Source of the DNA: an uncultured Candidatus Poseidoniales archaeon
Lineage (GTDB): Archaea > Thermoplasmatota > Poseidoniia > Poseidoniales > Thalassarchaeaceae
Assembly (NCBI GenBank): GCA_902560445.1
Contig: CACELO010000002.1
Location: forward strand, 66,468 to 130,467
Length of the DNA stretch: 64,000 nucleotides
Reading direction: 5' to 3'
Positions 9,931-18,418 of this stretch are shown here, one piece after another (the stretch's first letter is position 1; the number at the start of each line of letters is the position of its first letter). The notes beneath the pieces were generated by a model that had not been told where the DNA came from, ran no database searches, and saw only the letters and a program-made list of their open reading frames with translations. Made by a program: the position numbers and the translations under genes.

Positions 9931-10749
9931 TCACCCTAAATATTCTGTAGCCTCGACAGCAGTCTTTCCTTCGTGAATTACCGCTTTTAGAGCCTGAATA
10001 TGAGAGGCTGGATTATTTGCTCCAAATACCTGTCTTCCCATACATACTCCGGCGCCACCCACCGAAATTGACTGCTCGACAATATCAAGTAATTCTGTGA
10101 ATGAAGTTCCACGTGGACCGCCAGCAATTAGAATTGGAATAGGCACTGCCGCACATACTTCAGCAAAAGATTCTACATCACCTGTCCATGGAACTTTGAC
10201 AACATCACAACCTAGTTCCCAAGCAACTCTTGCGGCGTGAGCAATCCCTCCAGTATTGTCATCATCAGAGACAATTAGATTTGGCCCTCGAGGGTATACC
10301 ATACCTAGTACAGGCATTCCGAGGGAAATTGCTTCACCGGTTAAGGCCCCCATTTCAACAATCATTTCCGGTTCGTATTCATCACCGAGATTAATCTGAG
10401 CCGAACATCCCGTTGCTCCTCGAAATAGACATTCTTCTGCGGACGCTACTCGCACTTTGTCTCCTGCACGTTCACCAGCATGTTGGGTAGAAACAGAGAC
10501 GTGACAAACAAAGCGATTCCATCCGGTCCTCTCAAAGTGATGACTCAAGGAGCCTTTCTGGAGAATAATTGCATCGGCTCCCGCTTCGATACATGAATCG
10601 ACGACTTCGTCCATCCTTTCAAGACCCTTTTCTGGATAACCAGATATGCCATGATCCATAGGAATCCAAACACCCTTCCCATCTGGAAGTAAGCGAGCCA
10701 ACCTCTCGAATAGGGTCTCGGCCATGGAATTCCGTCTACACTCCCTCAC
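9931..10749 (-). CDS. aroA': 2-amino-3,7-dideoxy-D-threo-hept-6-ulosonate synthase (ADH synthase, AroA'; DhnA-type class I aldolase family). The ORF start at 10749 is a GTG; the likely true start is the ATG at about 10725 (MAETLFERL...).
   Basis: WIPMDHGISGYPEKGLER...AGADAIILQKG DhnA-aldolase signature. Sits immediately upstream of aroB'. Confidence 0.8.
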   Translation of the reverse strand: MRECRRNSMAETLFERLARLLPDGKGVWIPMDHGISGYPEKGLERMDEVVDSCIEAGADAIILQKGSLSHHFERTGWNRFVCHVSVSTQHAGERAGDKVRVASAEECLFRGATGCSAQINLGDEYEPEMIVEMGALTGEAISLGMPVLGMVYPRGPNLIVSDDDNTGGIAHAARVAWELGCDVVKVPWTGDVESFAEVCAAVPIPILIAGGPRGTSFTELLDIVEQSISVGGAGVCMGRQVFGANNPASHIQALKAVIHEGKTAVEATEYLG

Positions 10750-10798
10750 TTGAAAGGATGCGTTTGGTATTATTGGAATAGTTACTAGATATTCTTAA

Positions 10799-12091
10799 TC
10801 ACTCCAAACTATCTATACCCATCATAAGCAGAGTTAACACTACAATTAACCCCAATGCAAATGTATGGAATATTAGATTAAAGATAATATGCACAGATTT
10901 GTCATCAGTATAATTGTATGGAAACAATTCCATCACCTTCTCACGGCCTCCTTTAATTCCAAAAAGAGGCCTTAGTAATGAAGCACGCTTGACCAACTCA
11001 AAACAAGCTAATACTCCAAAAATCAAAACCGGGGTTCCTATTATCATCGCGGGTAGAAATCCTATGCCAATAATTGCTAAAATCACTATCAAAATAATAG
11101 TAAGGTGCATGTGTAGGATATAGGTTGCATAAACTGATTCATTTAGATAAGAGACAAATTTACCGGGTTTGTTTAGTACTTTAGAGGCCCAAGTGAAAAT
11201 AAGTAGGCACCAGAACCAGGCATGAAAAGATTGTAGAATTGAAGCAATTATTACCTTCAACGAGAATGGAGAATAACCTTCGTTTACCCATCCACCTTCC
11301 ATAACATAAGGTACATCGATTAAGATAATGAAAAAGAACCAGAATATGGCTAACAAGGGTGTGATAATTGTGATAGGGATACGTATTTTTTCCAATGATT
11401 GGAAGTAGTCATTTTTCGCAGATATGAGAAGAAAACCAATTAAAAAATAAATCATATACCTAGGAAATTCCCACCACATACCAACCTCTCCAAATTCCCA
11501 TGGTTTCAATAAAATTCCATTTATTGAAAGTATGACAGGAGGTAAAATAAGAATTCCGAGGCCAGATTTCATTCGAAGAATTCGGCGCATAAAACGCATT
11601 ATTGAACCATTGGGATTAGTCTTTACATGATAGAAAATGGGAGTAAGTACAATTGAGTAAATCAGTAAGTTGTAAACAAACCAAAGGTGACCATACGGCA
11701 TATTTTCTGAAGCTGGAAAAATAGAGAACAAAAGTACGGTTTTTTCTGTAAAATCACGTATTCCGAAAAAAAGAATGTACACAGTGAAAAGAAGAGGCAA
11801 TCCGAGCCTAGTAAGTCTCTCCTTGATGTATTGTTTCCAAGTTCTTTTTCTTAGTGCAAAAGCGGTTCCCATACCTGAAATCACAAACAGAGCCGCTAAC
11901 CTCCACTGATGCATTACAGAAACTACGAAGAAATATGGTAGGCCAAAAATCCCCTCTGGTTGTTCAAAATAGAATACTGCAAAATGAAACCAAATCAGCA
12001 ATCCAAACAAAATTACTCTTAGCCAATCTATGTCATATCGGCGGATGGATTTGTTAGATTCAAGAATCACAACATTGGGAGACCCTTGCAT
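10799..12091 (-). CDS. Membrane O-acyltransferase, acyltransferase family 3 (OafA/OpgC-like)
   Basis: RRYDIDWLRVILFGLLIWFHF N-terminal acyltransferase-3 motif; about 10 TM helices. Confidence 0.5.
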   Translation of the reverse strand: MQGSPNVVILESNKSIRRYDIDWLRVILFGLLIWFHFAVFYFEQPEGIFGLPYFFVVSVMHQWRLAALFVISGMGTAFALRKRTWKQYIKERLTRLGLPLLFTVYILFFGIRDFTEKTVLLFSIFPASENMPYGHLWFVYNLLIYSIVLTPIFYHVKTNPNGSIMRFMRRILRMKSGLGILILPPVILSINGILLKPWEFGEVGMWWEFPRYMIYFLIGFLLISAKNDYFQSLEKIRIPITIITPLLAIFWFFFIILIDVPYVMEGGWVNEGYSPFSLKVIIASILQSFHAWFWCLLIFTWASKVLNKPGKFVSYLNESVYATYILHMHLTIILIVILAIIGIGFLPAMIIGTPVLIFGVLACFELVKRASLLRPLFGIKGGREKVMELFPYNYTDDKSVHIIFNLIFHTFALGLIVVLTLLMMGIDSLE

Positions 12092-12110
12092 GCTAAATGC
12101 CTCATATTCA

Positions 12111-12935
12111 CTACAAACTGAAGTCTATTATTACTGGTGCATGATCCGAGCATTCCAAGCCCGCTAGTCGATTGACCTCTGCGTATTCAAAATTTGACAA
12201 AGCGGCATCATTAGCCAACACATAATCGATACGCCAGCCTCTGTCTAAAATCCTAGCTTGGCCTCTGTTAGACCACCAAGTATAGGGGCCTTTTCTTTCT
12301 CCAAAATAAATACGATGTAAGTCATGCCATCCACTAGCAAGAAAGCGACTGAACCACTCTCTTTCGTGATCTAGGAATCCAGAGGTTAGACGATTTCCGC
12401 TAGGGTTCCAAATATCATCTTCTGTGTGTGCTATATTCAAATCTCCAACCAAAACAACTGGATCTGAGGAATTCAGATATTGATTTGCCCAGATTAGCAA
12501 ATCTTCTAACCATTGATCTTTGTAAGTTTGCCTTGCTGAGCCTGAACCTCCATTTGGAAGGTAAATATTGATGCAAGTAAGAGAACCACACTTTGTAGTT
12601 AGCACCCTACCTTCTAAATCCTCAGGATCTAGTTCAGTTTCTATCCCTCTGGAAATTTCCTCAATACCGATTCTCGAAAAAGATGCCACTCCCGAATAAC
12701 CCTTTTTCTCCGCAGGATGCCAAACGACTTCATGACCCGAGGGTAATTCCCAGTCTTTAGGTAATTGTTCAGGCAACGCCCTTACTTCTTGTAAAAGCCA
12801 GACATCGGCATCGATTTTATCCATCCAAGTATCCATGCCTTTTCGGATAGCGGCCCGTATTCCATTAACGTTCCAAGTCACTACTCGCATCAAATCACCG
12901 ATATCAATTTGAAAATTCTTTGACCTTTTCCACAA
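12111..12935 (-). CDS. xth: Exodeoxyribonuclease III / AP endonuclease
   Basis: MRVVTWNVNGIRAAIRKG...DADVWLLQEVRA; LECSDHAPV C-terminal motif. Confidence 0.9.
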   Translation of the reverse strand: MWKRSKNFQIDIGDLMRVVTWNVNGIRAAIRKGMDTWMDKIDADVWLLQEVRALPEQLPKDWELPSGHEVVWHPAEKKGYSGVASFSRIGIEEISRGIETELDPEDLEGRVLTTKCGSLTCINIYLPNGGSGSARQTYKDQWLEDLLIWANQYLNSSDPVVLVGDLNIAHTEDDIWNPSGNRLTSGFLDHEREWFSRFLASGWHDLHRIYFGERKGPYTWWSNRGQARILDRGWRIDYVLANDAALSNFEYAEVNRLAGLECSDHAPVIIDFSL

Positions 12936-15351
12936 GGTTCATCCTATGTACTCTCCACATACCAACAGGAGTCAACGCAAGTGAAATGAGTAATACAATT
13001 CCAACTAAATATGAAGAAATCAAAGGATCAGCATTGACCTTGAAATAAAATGACCATTGAACTAAACTGCTAATCATCCACTGAGTTCCAAGAATTGAGA
13101 AAATAGCACCCAAAAATCCACCAATTAAACCAATAGCAAAGTGTTCTCCAAGCATCATTGTTCCAATTTTTCTGATTGGTGCACCTAGAACCCTTAGTGT
13201 TGCTAATTCCAAATCTCGTTCTGCTAGATTGATAATTAGAGTGTTGAACAATACAACAATGGCAATTACAACTCCTAAAACCTGAATCGCGATAAAAAAT
13301 GCTTGTTGCTGTTCCATAAGTGATTCCATTGCATCAATGGTTTCTTGTTTATCGATAACTCCAATTGATATATCCCCTAACTCATTAGCTCTATCGAATT
13401 CCTCTGGATAAGTCAAGAATACTGATGTCGCCGCTAGGTCTAGCTCAGAGGACAAATCTACTCGATTAAAGTAAACCGTTCTAGCGATTTCACCCTCTGT
13501 TATTCCAGTTATTTTGAACTCGACTAGTTGTGAGCCAAATCTGATTGCATGTACCTCTCCCACACTCCATCCAAGGAAATGTTGTATTCCTTCGTCAACC
13601 AATGCCTCAGGAGGTTGATTGCCTTGATTCGGTAATTCCCCTTCAATCAAACTTAATGTTTGCATAGCTTGATTTCCTGAAGTTGAAAATACATCTAGAC
13701 CCATGGCAGTTAATTGTCGAGAATCACCATCAGGATTTGCAGGTAGGGCAAGCAATAGTTCGTAATCAATCGAGTTTTCTTCTGCCCAATCAACAATTTC
13801 TACTTCCATTCCAGGAAATACAATTGCCTGCTGATCCCAGTTGGAACTTTCATCAGCATTACCGATGAAAACATCTTCCATGGAATTCATCATGAATAAC
13901 ATTGAACCTAGAATTAGCATCGATAAACCGACTGCAAAAAAGGTGAAAGCCAACCGAATTGGTTTGCGAGTACTTGACCTGATAGTAAGACCAATTGTGG
14001 TTGGGAGCTTAGAAGTAAATTGTTGAATTGCTTTGGATGATAGTTTAACTTCAGTCTGACCCCTGAGGACTTTCAATGGATCTAAATTGGCGGCTTGCCA
14101 AGCTGGCCTTACTCCTGAGAACATAACAAGCAGCATAGTGATTGTCGAAATTTCAAGAACTTGTGTAAATGAAAAACTTTCACCTATAACTGGGATACCC
14201 ATGATATTCTCATAAACTAATTCCATAGCAGGGGATCCTAAGAAAATCCCAAAAATAATTCCAAAAATTGTCCCAAAGAAACCTATTCCTATTGGCGCTA
14301 AAACATAAGAGGGCATTATTGCAGATCGAGGGATACCTAGAGTTCTGAGTATAGCGATTTCTCTTGCTTGAGATTGAATTAACCTTTGTAGACTCAAGAA
14401 TATTGTAATTCCAGCAACAAGTATCAACATTGCCGTGATTACAGGATATGTCACCATGGCACCCTCTGCATCAGCCCTCAGCAATTCTACTGATTCTACG
14501 CCTGAACGGTCGTATATTATTGCCGATTGGTCGATTTGAGATACTGTAATTTTCATAGAGTCAATTATTACTGCAAGGTCTTCACCCTCTTCCTCATCTG
14601 TCGATTGTAAATCATATTCTGGAGTTCCATATACGTCTATCAACAGCATATTTGCTGTTCCTGCAGAAACATTTGCCAATGCCTCTAGTCCAGATGAGGT
14701 TAGGTATCCTGTTGCAAAGGTCCCAGATTCAGCAGGAACTATAGAACCTGGTACTGCAAAATAGAGGTGCATTGGATGGTATCCGAATCCTACTATTGTG
14801 AAATTCAATGTTCCTTGACCTGCACCAATTGTAACAGTATCACCCAATTCGATACCTAATCCCTCAACTACATGGGCATCGAGTACTATTTCATCATGGG
14901 ACTCAGCTAGACGACCCTCGCAACATGAATCATCAGGCATCCAAACTCTATCGACATAGCCCTCATCAATACCGTGCCAAACACCTGGCACCAGCCTTTC
15001 AGAACCATCATCTTCGCTAGCAATCAAGAGTCCTTCGAGAATGAAACGGGGTTCACATTCTACCAAAGGCAATTCAGTATTTGTCCATTGAAATGAAATT
15101 TCTTCACATAGATTTTCAGATTCTTCTAAATCCCAAACATCCCTTGGATTTTCAACCCATATATCGGCTAAATTTACCCCATTTTCGGAATCTTCATAGA
15201 TTTCGGAATACATGTTTGTTGTCATGTGCGCGTAATGGCCGAATGCAATACCCGACATCACTCCAACCATTATGATAAGCACTACCGCAACCAGACGTAA
15301 TTTGCTACGCCATAGACTTCGAAAAAGCCTCTTTGTCAACAGTACTTTCAT
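12904..15351 (-). CDS. ABC transporter permease, FtsX/MacB-like, with a large extracytoplasmic domain
   Basis: N-terminal TM, then two FtsX-type 4-TM bundles (...LILVAGITIFLSLQRLIQSQAREIAILRTLG... and ...RDLELATLRVLGAP...). Sits directly downstream of the ABC ATPase. Confidence 0.7.
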   Translation of the reverse strand: MKVLLTKRLFRSLWRSKLRLVAVVLIIMVGVMSGIAFGHYAHMTTNMYSEIYEDSENGVNLADIWVENPRDVWDLEESENLCEEISFQWTNTELPLVECEPRFILEGLLIASEDDGSERLVPGVWHGIDEGYVDRVWMPDDSCCEGRLAESHDEIVLDAHVVEGLGIELGDTVTIGAGQGTLNFTIVGFGYHPMHLYFAVPGSIVPAESGTFATGYLTSSGLEALANVSAGTANMLLIDVYGTPEYDLQSTDEEEGEDLAVIIDSMKITVSQIDQSAIIYDRSGVESVELLRADAEGAMVTYPVITAMLILVAGITIFLSLQRLIQSQAREIAILRTLGIPRSAIMPSYVLAPIGIGFFGTIFGIIFGIFLGSPAMELVYENIMGIPVIGESFSFTQVLEISTITMLLVMFSGVRPAWQAANLDPLKVLRGQTEVKLSSKAIQQFTSKLPTTIGLTIRSSTRKPIRLAFTFFAVGLSMLILGSMLFMMNSMEDVFIGNADESSNWDQQAIVFPGMEVEIVDWAEENSIDYELLLALPANPDGDSRQLTAMGLDVFSTSGNQAMQTLSLIEGELPNQGNQPPEALVDEGIQHFLGWSVGEVHAIRFGSQLVEFKITGITEGEIARTVYFNRVDLSSELDLAATSVFLTYPEEFDRANELGDISIGVIDKQETIDAMESLMEQQQAFFIAIQVLGVVIAIVVLFNTLIINLAERDLELATLRVLGAPIRKIGTMMLGEHFAIGLIGGFLGAIFSILGTQWMISSLVQWSFYFKVNADPLISSYLVGIVLLISLALTPVGMWRVHRMNLVEKVKEFSN

Positions 15352-15360
15352 GATATCACC

Positions 15361-16212
15361 TCAAACAACTTCGTCGGAAATAATTACTCCACTGTCGAGC
15401 CTGATTATTCTTGTTGCATATTTAGAAAGCGATTCATCATGAGTGACAAAAACAGTGGTGATATTCTCTGCTTCACAGGCTTTGACAAGCACTTCCATTA
15501 CCATCGATGAAGTCTTTGTGTCAAGATTACCAGTTAATTCGTCACCCAGTAATAATTTCGGCCTCTTTGCTAAACTTCTAGCAATAGCGACACGTTGTTG
15601 CTGCCCTCCACTAATCTCTGTAGGGAAACGATCTACCTCCTCTTCTAAACCAACAAGGGCTAGTAATTCTCTCGCACGCTTCTCATCTCTCCCTCCAGCC
15701 AATTCTTGAATTAACAGAATGTTCTCGAGTACGGTTAGGTCTTGTAATAGGTTAAAAAATTGGAATACGTATCCAATATTTTCTCTCCGGAAAGATGTAG
15801 CTTCTTCACTAGCCCTAGCTAGAGGCCTAGAGTAAGTGAAATAATGCAATGGATAGAGAAGTAAACGCAGAGGAATGTTGTTCAAATTGCGGAACATTTC
15901 TGCAATTCTGCTGAATCTACCGAAGCCTTTGAGAGGAGGAATAGGATTCCACCATCTTGGTATAATTTCTGGATATCTAGGTACATCTTCGCCTGCAAAT
16001 CTGTAGGTTCCAGCGGTCGGATTATCTAATGCAGCTATACAATTTAGTAAGGTTGTTTTTCCAGAACCTGAGGGCCCCAGAAGTATAATTCGTTCACCTT
16101 CATTGACTCGTAAATCAACGCCATCAAGCGCCTTTACGGTGCCTGAAACCATCTCATAATACCTTTTCATCCCTTCAATTTTTACTAGATTATTTGTCAT
16201 ATTCCTCACCAC
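15361..16212 (-). CDS. ABC transporter ATP-binding protein (MacB/LolD type) carrying a Pro/aromatic-rich insertion of about 60 aa
   Basis: Walker A GPSGSGKTT, signature LSGGQQQRVAIARSL, Walker B LLLGDELTGNLD. Insert PRYPEIIPRWWNPIPPLKGFGRF...LLYPLHYFTYSRP lies between the Q-loop region and IGYVFQ. Confidence 0.85.
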   Translation of the reverse strand: MVRNMTNNLVKIEGMKRYYEMVSGTVKALDGVDLRVNEGERIILLGPSGSGKTTLLNCIAALDNPTAGTYRFAGEDVPRYPEIIPRWWNPIPPLKGFGRFSRIAEMFRNLNNIPLRLLLYPLHYFTYSRPLARASEEATSFRRENIGYVFQFFNLLQDLTVLENILLIQELAGGRDEKRARELLALVGLEEEVDRFPTEISGGQQQRVAIARSLAKRPKLLLGDELTGNLDTKTSSMVMEVLVKACEAENITTVFVTHDESLSKYATRIIRLDSGVIISDEVV

Positions 16213-16235
16213 GTTTAATCTGTTATTTGGGTACC

Positions 16236-18359
16236 TTAAATTACTTCAGATGAGCCAGCGAAGAATTCCATAGACTCACGGAACAATTCTTCTCTACGCT
16301 TCTTTTTGTTGCGACGCAGATGCATCAATGTAAATCCAATTGCAAGTAAAATCACAAATGGAATGAATGCTTCTGCATGATATCTTTCCATGAATTCTAT
16401 GATCCCCTTGGCGGTATATGCCCAAGTTAGGGATGCTGCAGTACCTCCCATCAAACAAGCCGCCAATACCCTTTGGAAGCGCATTCTAGCAACAAGTCCT
16501 AACATAGCACCAACTAGAACTCCGCTTGCCATGAAGGGTATCCAAACGAAGACAATAAGGAACCAGAATCCATACTTCTCAATTCTATCCTGATTCTTAT
16601 TTGCAATATATTCTACATTAGATAGAATATCTCCCATGAATGGATTTTGTAGTAACGTTCCAGTTATTCCGCCCTGTCGTGCAACAAGTGCCTCACCAAT
16701 CAATTCTTCTTTACCATCATTTGGCACTACGGCTGCGGAAATAAGACCTCCAATTACTCCATCGGATAGTGAGCCCTTGCGTGCTATTCCATAGGCACCC
16801 AATGTTGCATCTTCTACTCTACCTGCCATCGCTCTATCCGAAAGTGTAGCCTTCTCATTTCGAGCGCTTACAATCAGCACCTTACCGTCAAGATACTTCA
16901 GTAAATCATTGCTTAAGTGAGCATGTAAATCCTCTTGCATATCCTGATATGTAGGCTTGAATAGGAAATAGGTAAACCGTGTAACTGGTTTGTAAATCAC
17001 TCTAACAAATACTGCGTCTTCATCAGACAGCACAGCAGTTCCATAATCTACCAAATCATGTTTCTTGAACCAGCGATTTAGGCTGTTGTTTGCGGCCACC
17101 TCTAACCAGCCATATGCACTCATATTGACGAAGAAATCAGAATAATCTTCCATTAAAACAGGTATTTCTCCTAAGGCCAATGAACGTCTATTTCCTTCGT
17201 GAGATTCATGAGTTCCTTCATCTAAACAGATAATTTTCATCTGAAGTGGCTTCATTTCTCCAAAGACCGCGAACTCCTCGAGCAGGCCCTTGGTTAACAC
17301 AGCGCGGATGTCAGATGGTTGTTCAATTGTAGTAGAGCGAGTAGTGTAGGGTACGATGAGATCTATCGAAATTGTTCTTAATTGCATCTTTAATTTATCA
17401 AAATCGATGTCAATATGCAACTTTTCTGTAGACCGCCGTAAAGTTCGACTAATCATTCTACTAAGTTGCTCGTCATTCAATATATCATTTGTATCACGAT
17501 GATACATCTTATGCATCAGAGGATATTGTACACAGAGGAAAAATAGCGACATTCCAAGAGATACCATTGCCATCCACCATGCCGGGATACCGGCACTTCC
17601 ACCCGTTAGCATAGCAGCCTCACGGCCACCTACCCATTCGGCGCCCATCATAATCCAGCCCCAATTACCCAACCCTTGAATCGTCCAACAGGAACGAGGG
17701 TCTTCATCGATAATTTCTACATGAGCGAAATTTTCTATTTTGAATGATTTGCTTTCTAAGTTAACTCCAGAAGAGTCCACCAATAACTGCAATTCTTCCT
17801 GACTCATATCTTCTAAACTGGATTCAGTAATAACTTGCCAAATTGATGCAGATGCATTGTAATGGCCATTTTCTAAATTATCTGGATCGTATTCCAGTTC
17901 TTGGTCGCCAAAACCGCCTTGCAGTAAAGTAATAGATTCAGCCTCCGAAATCACAATTACAATACCGATTACTGTTTCAATTTCAGAATCAACATTGTGA
18001 GATATTACCTTGATTACGTGTCCATCAACATCGTAGAAGACATTAAACCAAACTTCACCCCTCTTGTCAACACATTCATCGCCTGGGTCTAGAGGCGTAG
18101 CTGAAAGGGTCTTGTCAATTACAATTGAGTCAGATGCAACCCAACCTGATGACATGATGAATACCCCACCAAAGAATACAGCCCCGATAATTAAGCCAGT
18201 AAGTAGAGTATAGTCTTCAAAGGCTCCACGAAAGAATCTCTTGTCACCTTCACGCCGAGCACGAATCAGGTCTAACTCTTTGTCGAGACTGTCCTTGTCA
18301 GTCTCCTCGGGCGGCCCCGCCTCAGTCACGGTTTGAAAAGACAAGGGGCGGGTCATCAA
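16236..18359 (-). CDS. Large multidomain membrane protein of unknown function
   Basis: TM segments at N-terminus, middle and C-terminus. The C-terminal region resembles COG2426-like small membrane proteins. Followed by a KKKRREE basic tail. Confidence 0.5.
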   Translation of the reverse strand: MMTRPLSFQTVTEAGPPEETDKDSLDKELDLIRARREGDKRFFRGAFEDYTLLTGLIIGAVFFGGVFIMSSGWVASDSIVIDKTLSATPLDPGDECVDKRGEVWFNVFYDVDGHVIKVISHNVDSEIETVIGIVIVISEAESITLLQGGFGDQELEYDPDNLENGHYNASASIWQVITESSLEDMSQEELQLLVDSSGVNLESKSFKIENFAHVEIIDEDPRSCWTIQGLGNWGWIMMGAEWVGGREAAMLTGGSAGIPAWWMAMVSLGMSLFFLCVQYPLMHKMYHRDTNDILNDEQLSRMISRTLRRSTEKLHIDIDFDKLKMQLRTISIDLIVPYTTRSTTIEQPSDIRAVLTKGLLEEFAVFGEMKPLQMKIICLDEGTHESHEGNRRSLALGEIPVLMEDYSDFFVNMSAYGWLEVAANNSLNRWFKKHDLVDYGTAVLSDEDAVFVRVIYKPVTRFTYFLFKPTYQDMQEDLHAHLSNDLLKYLDGKVLIVSARNEKATLSDRAMAGRVEDATLGAYGIARKGSLSDGVIGGLISAAVVPNDGKEELIGEALVARQGGITGTLLQNPFMGDILSNVEYIANKNQDRIEKYGFWFLIVFVWIPFMASGVLVGAMLGLVARMRFQRVLAACLMGGTAASLTWAYTAKGIIEFMERYHAEAFIPFVILLAIGFTLMHLRRNKKKRREELFRESMEFFAGSSEVI

Positions 18360-18418
18360 CCCGCCGGTCTTGCAATCTGAGTTCCTACGGAACTCATCAT
18401 AAGTGAGTAATTGTATAT

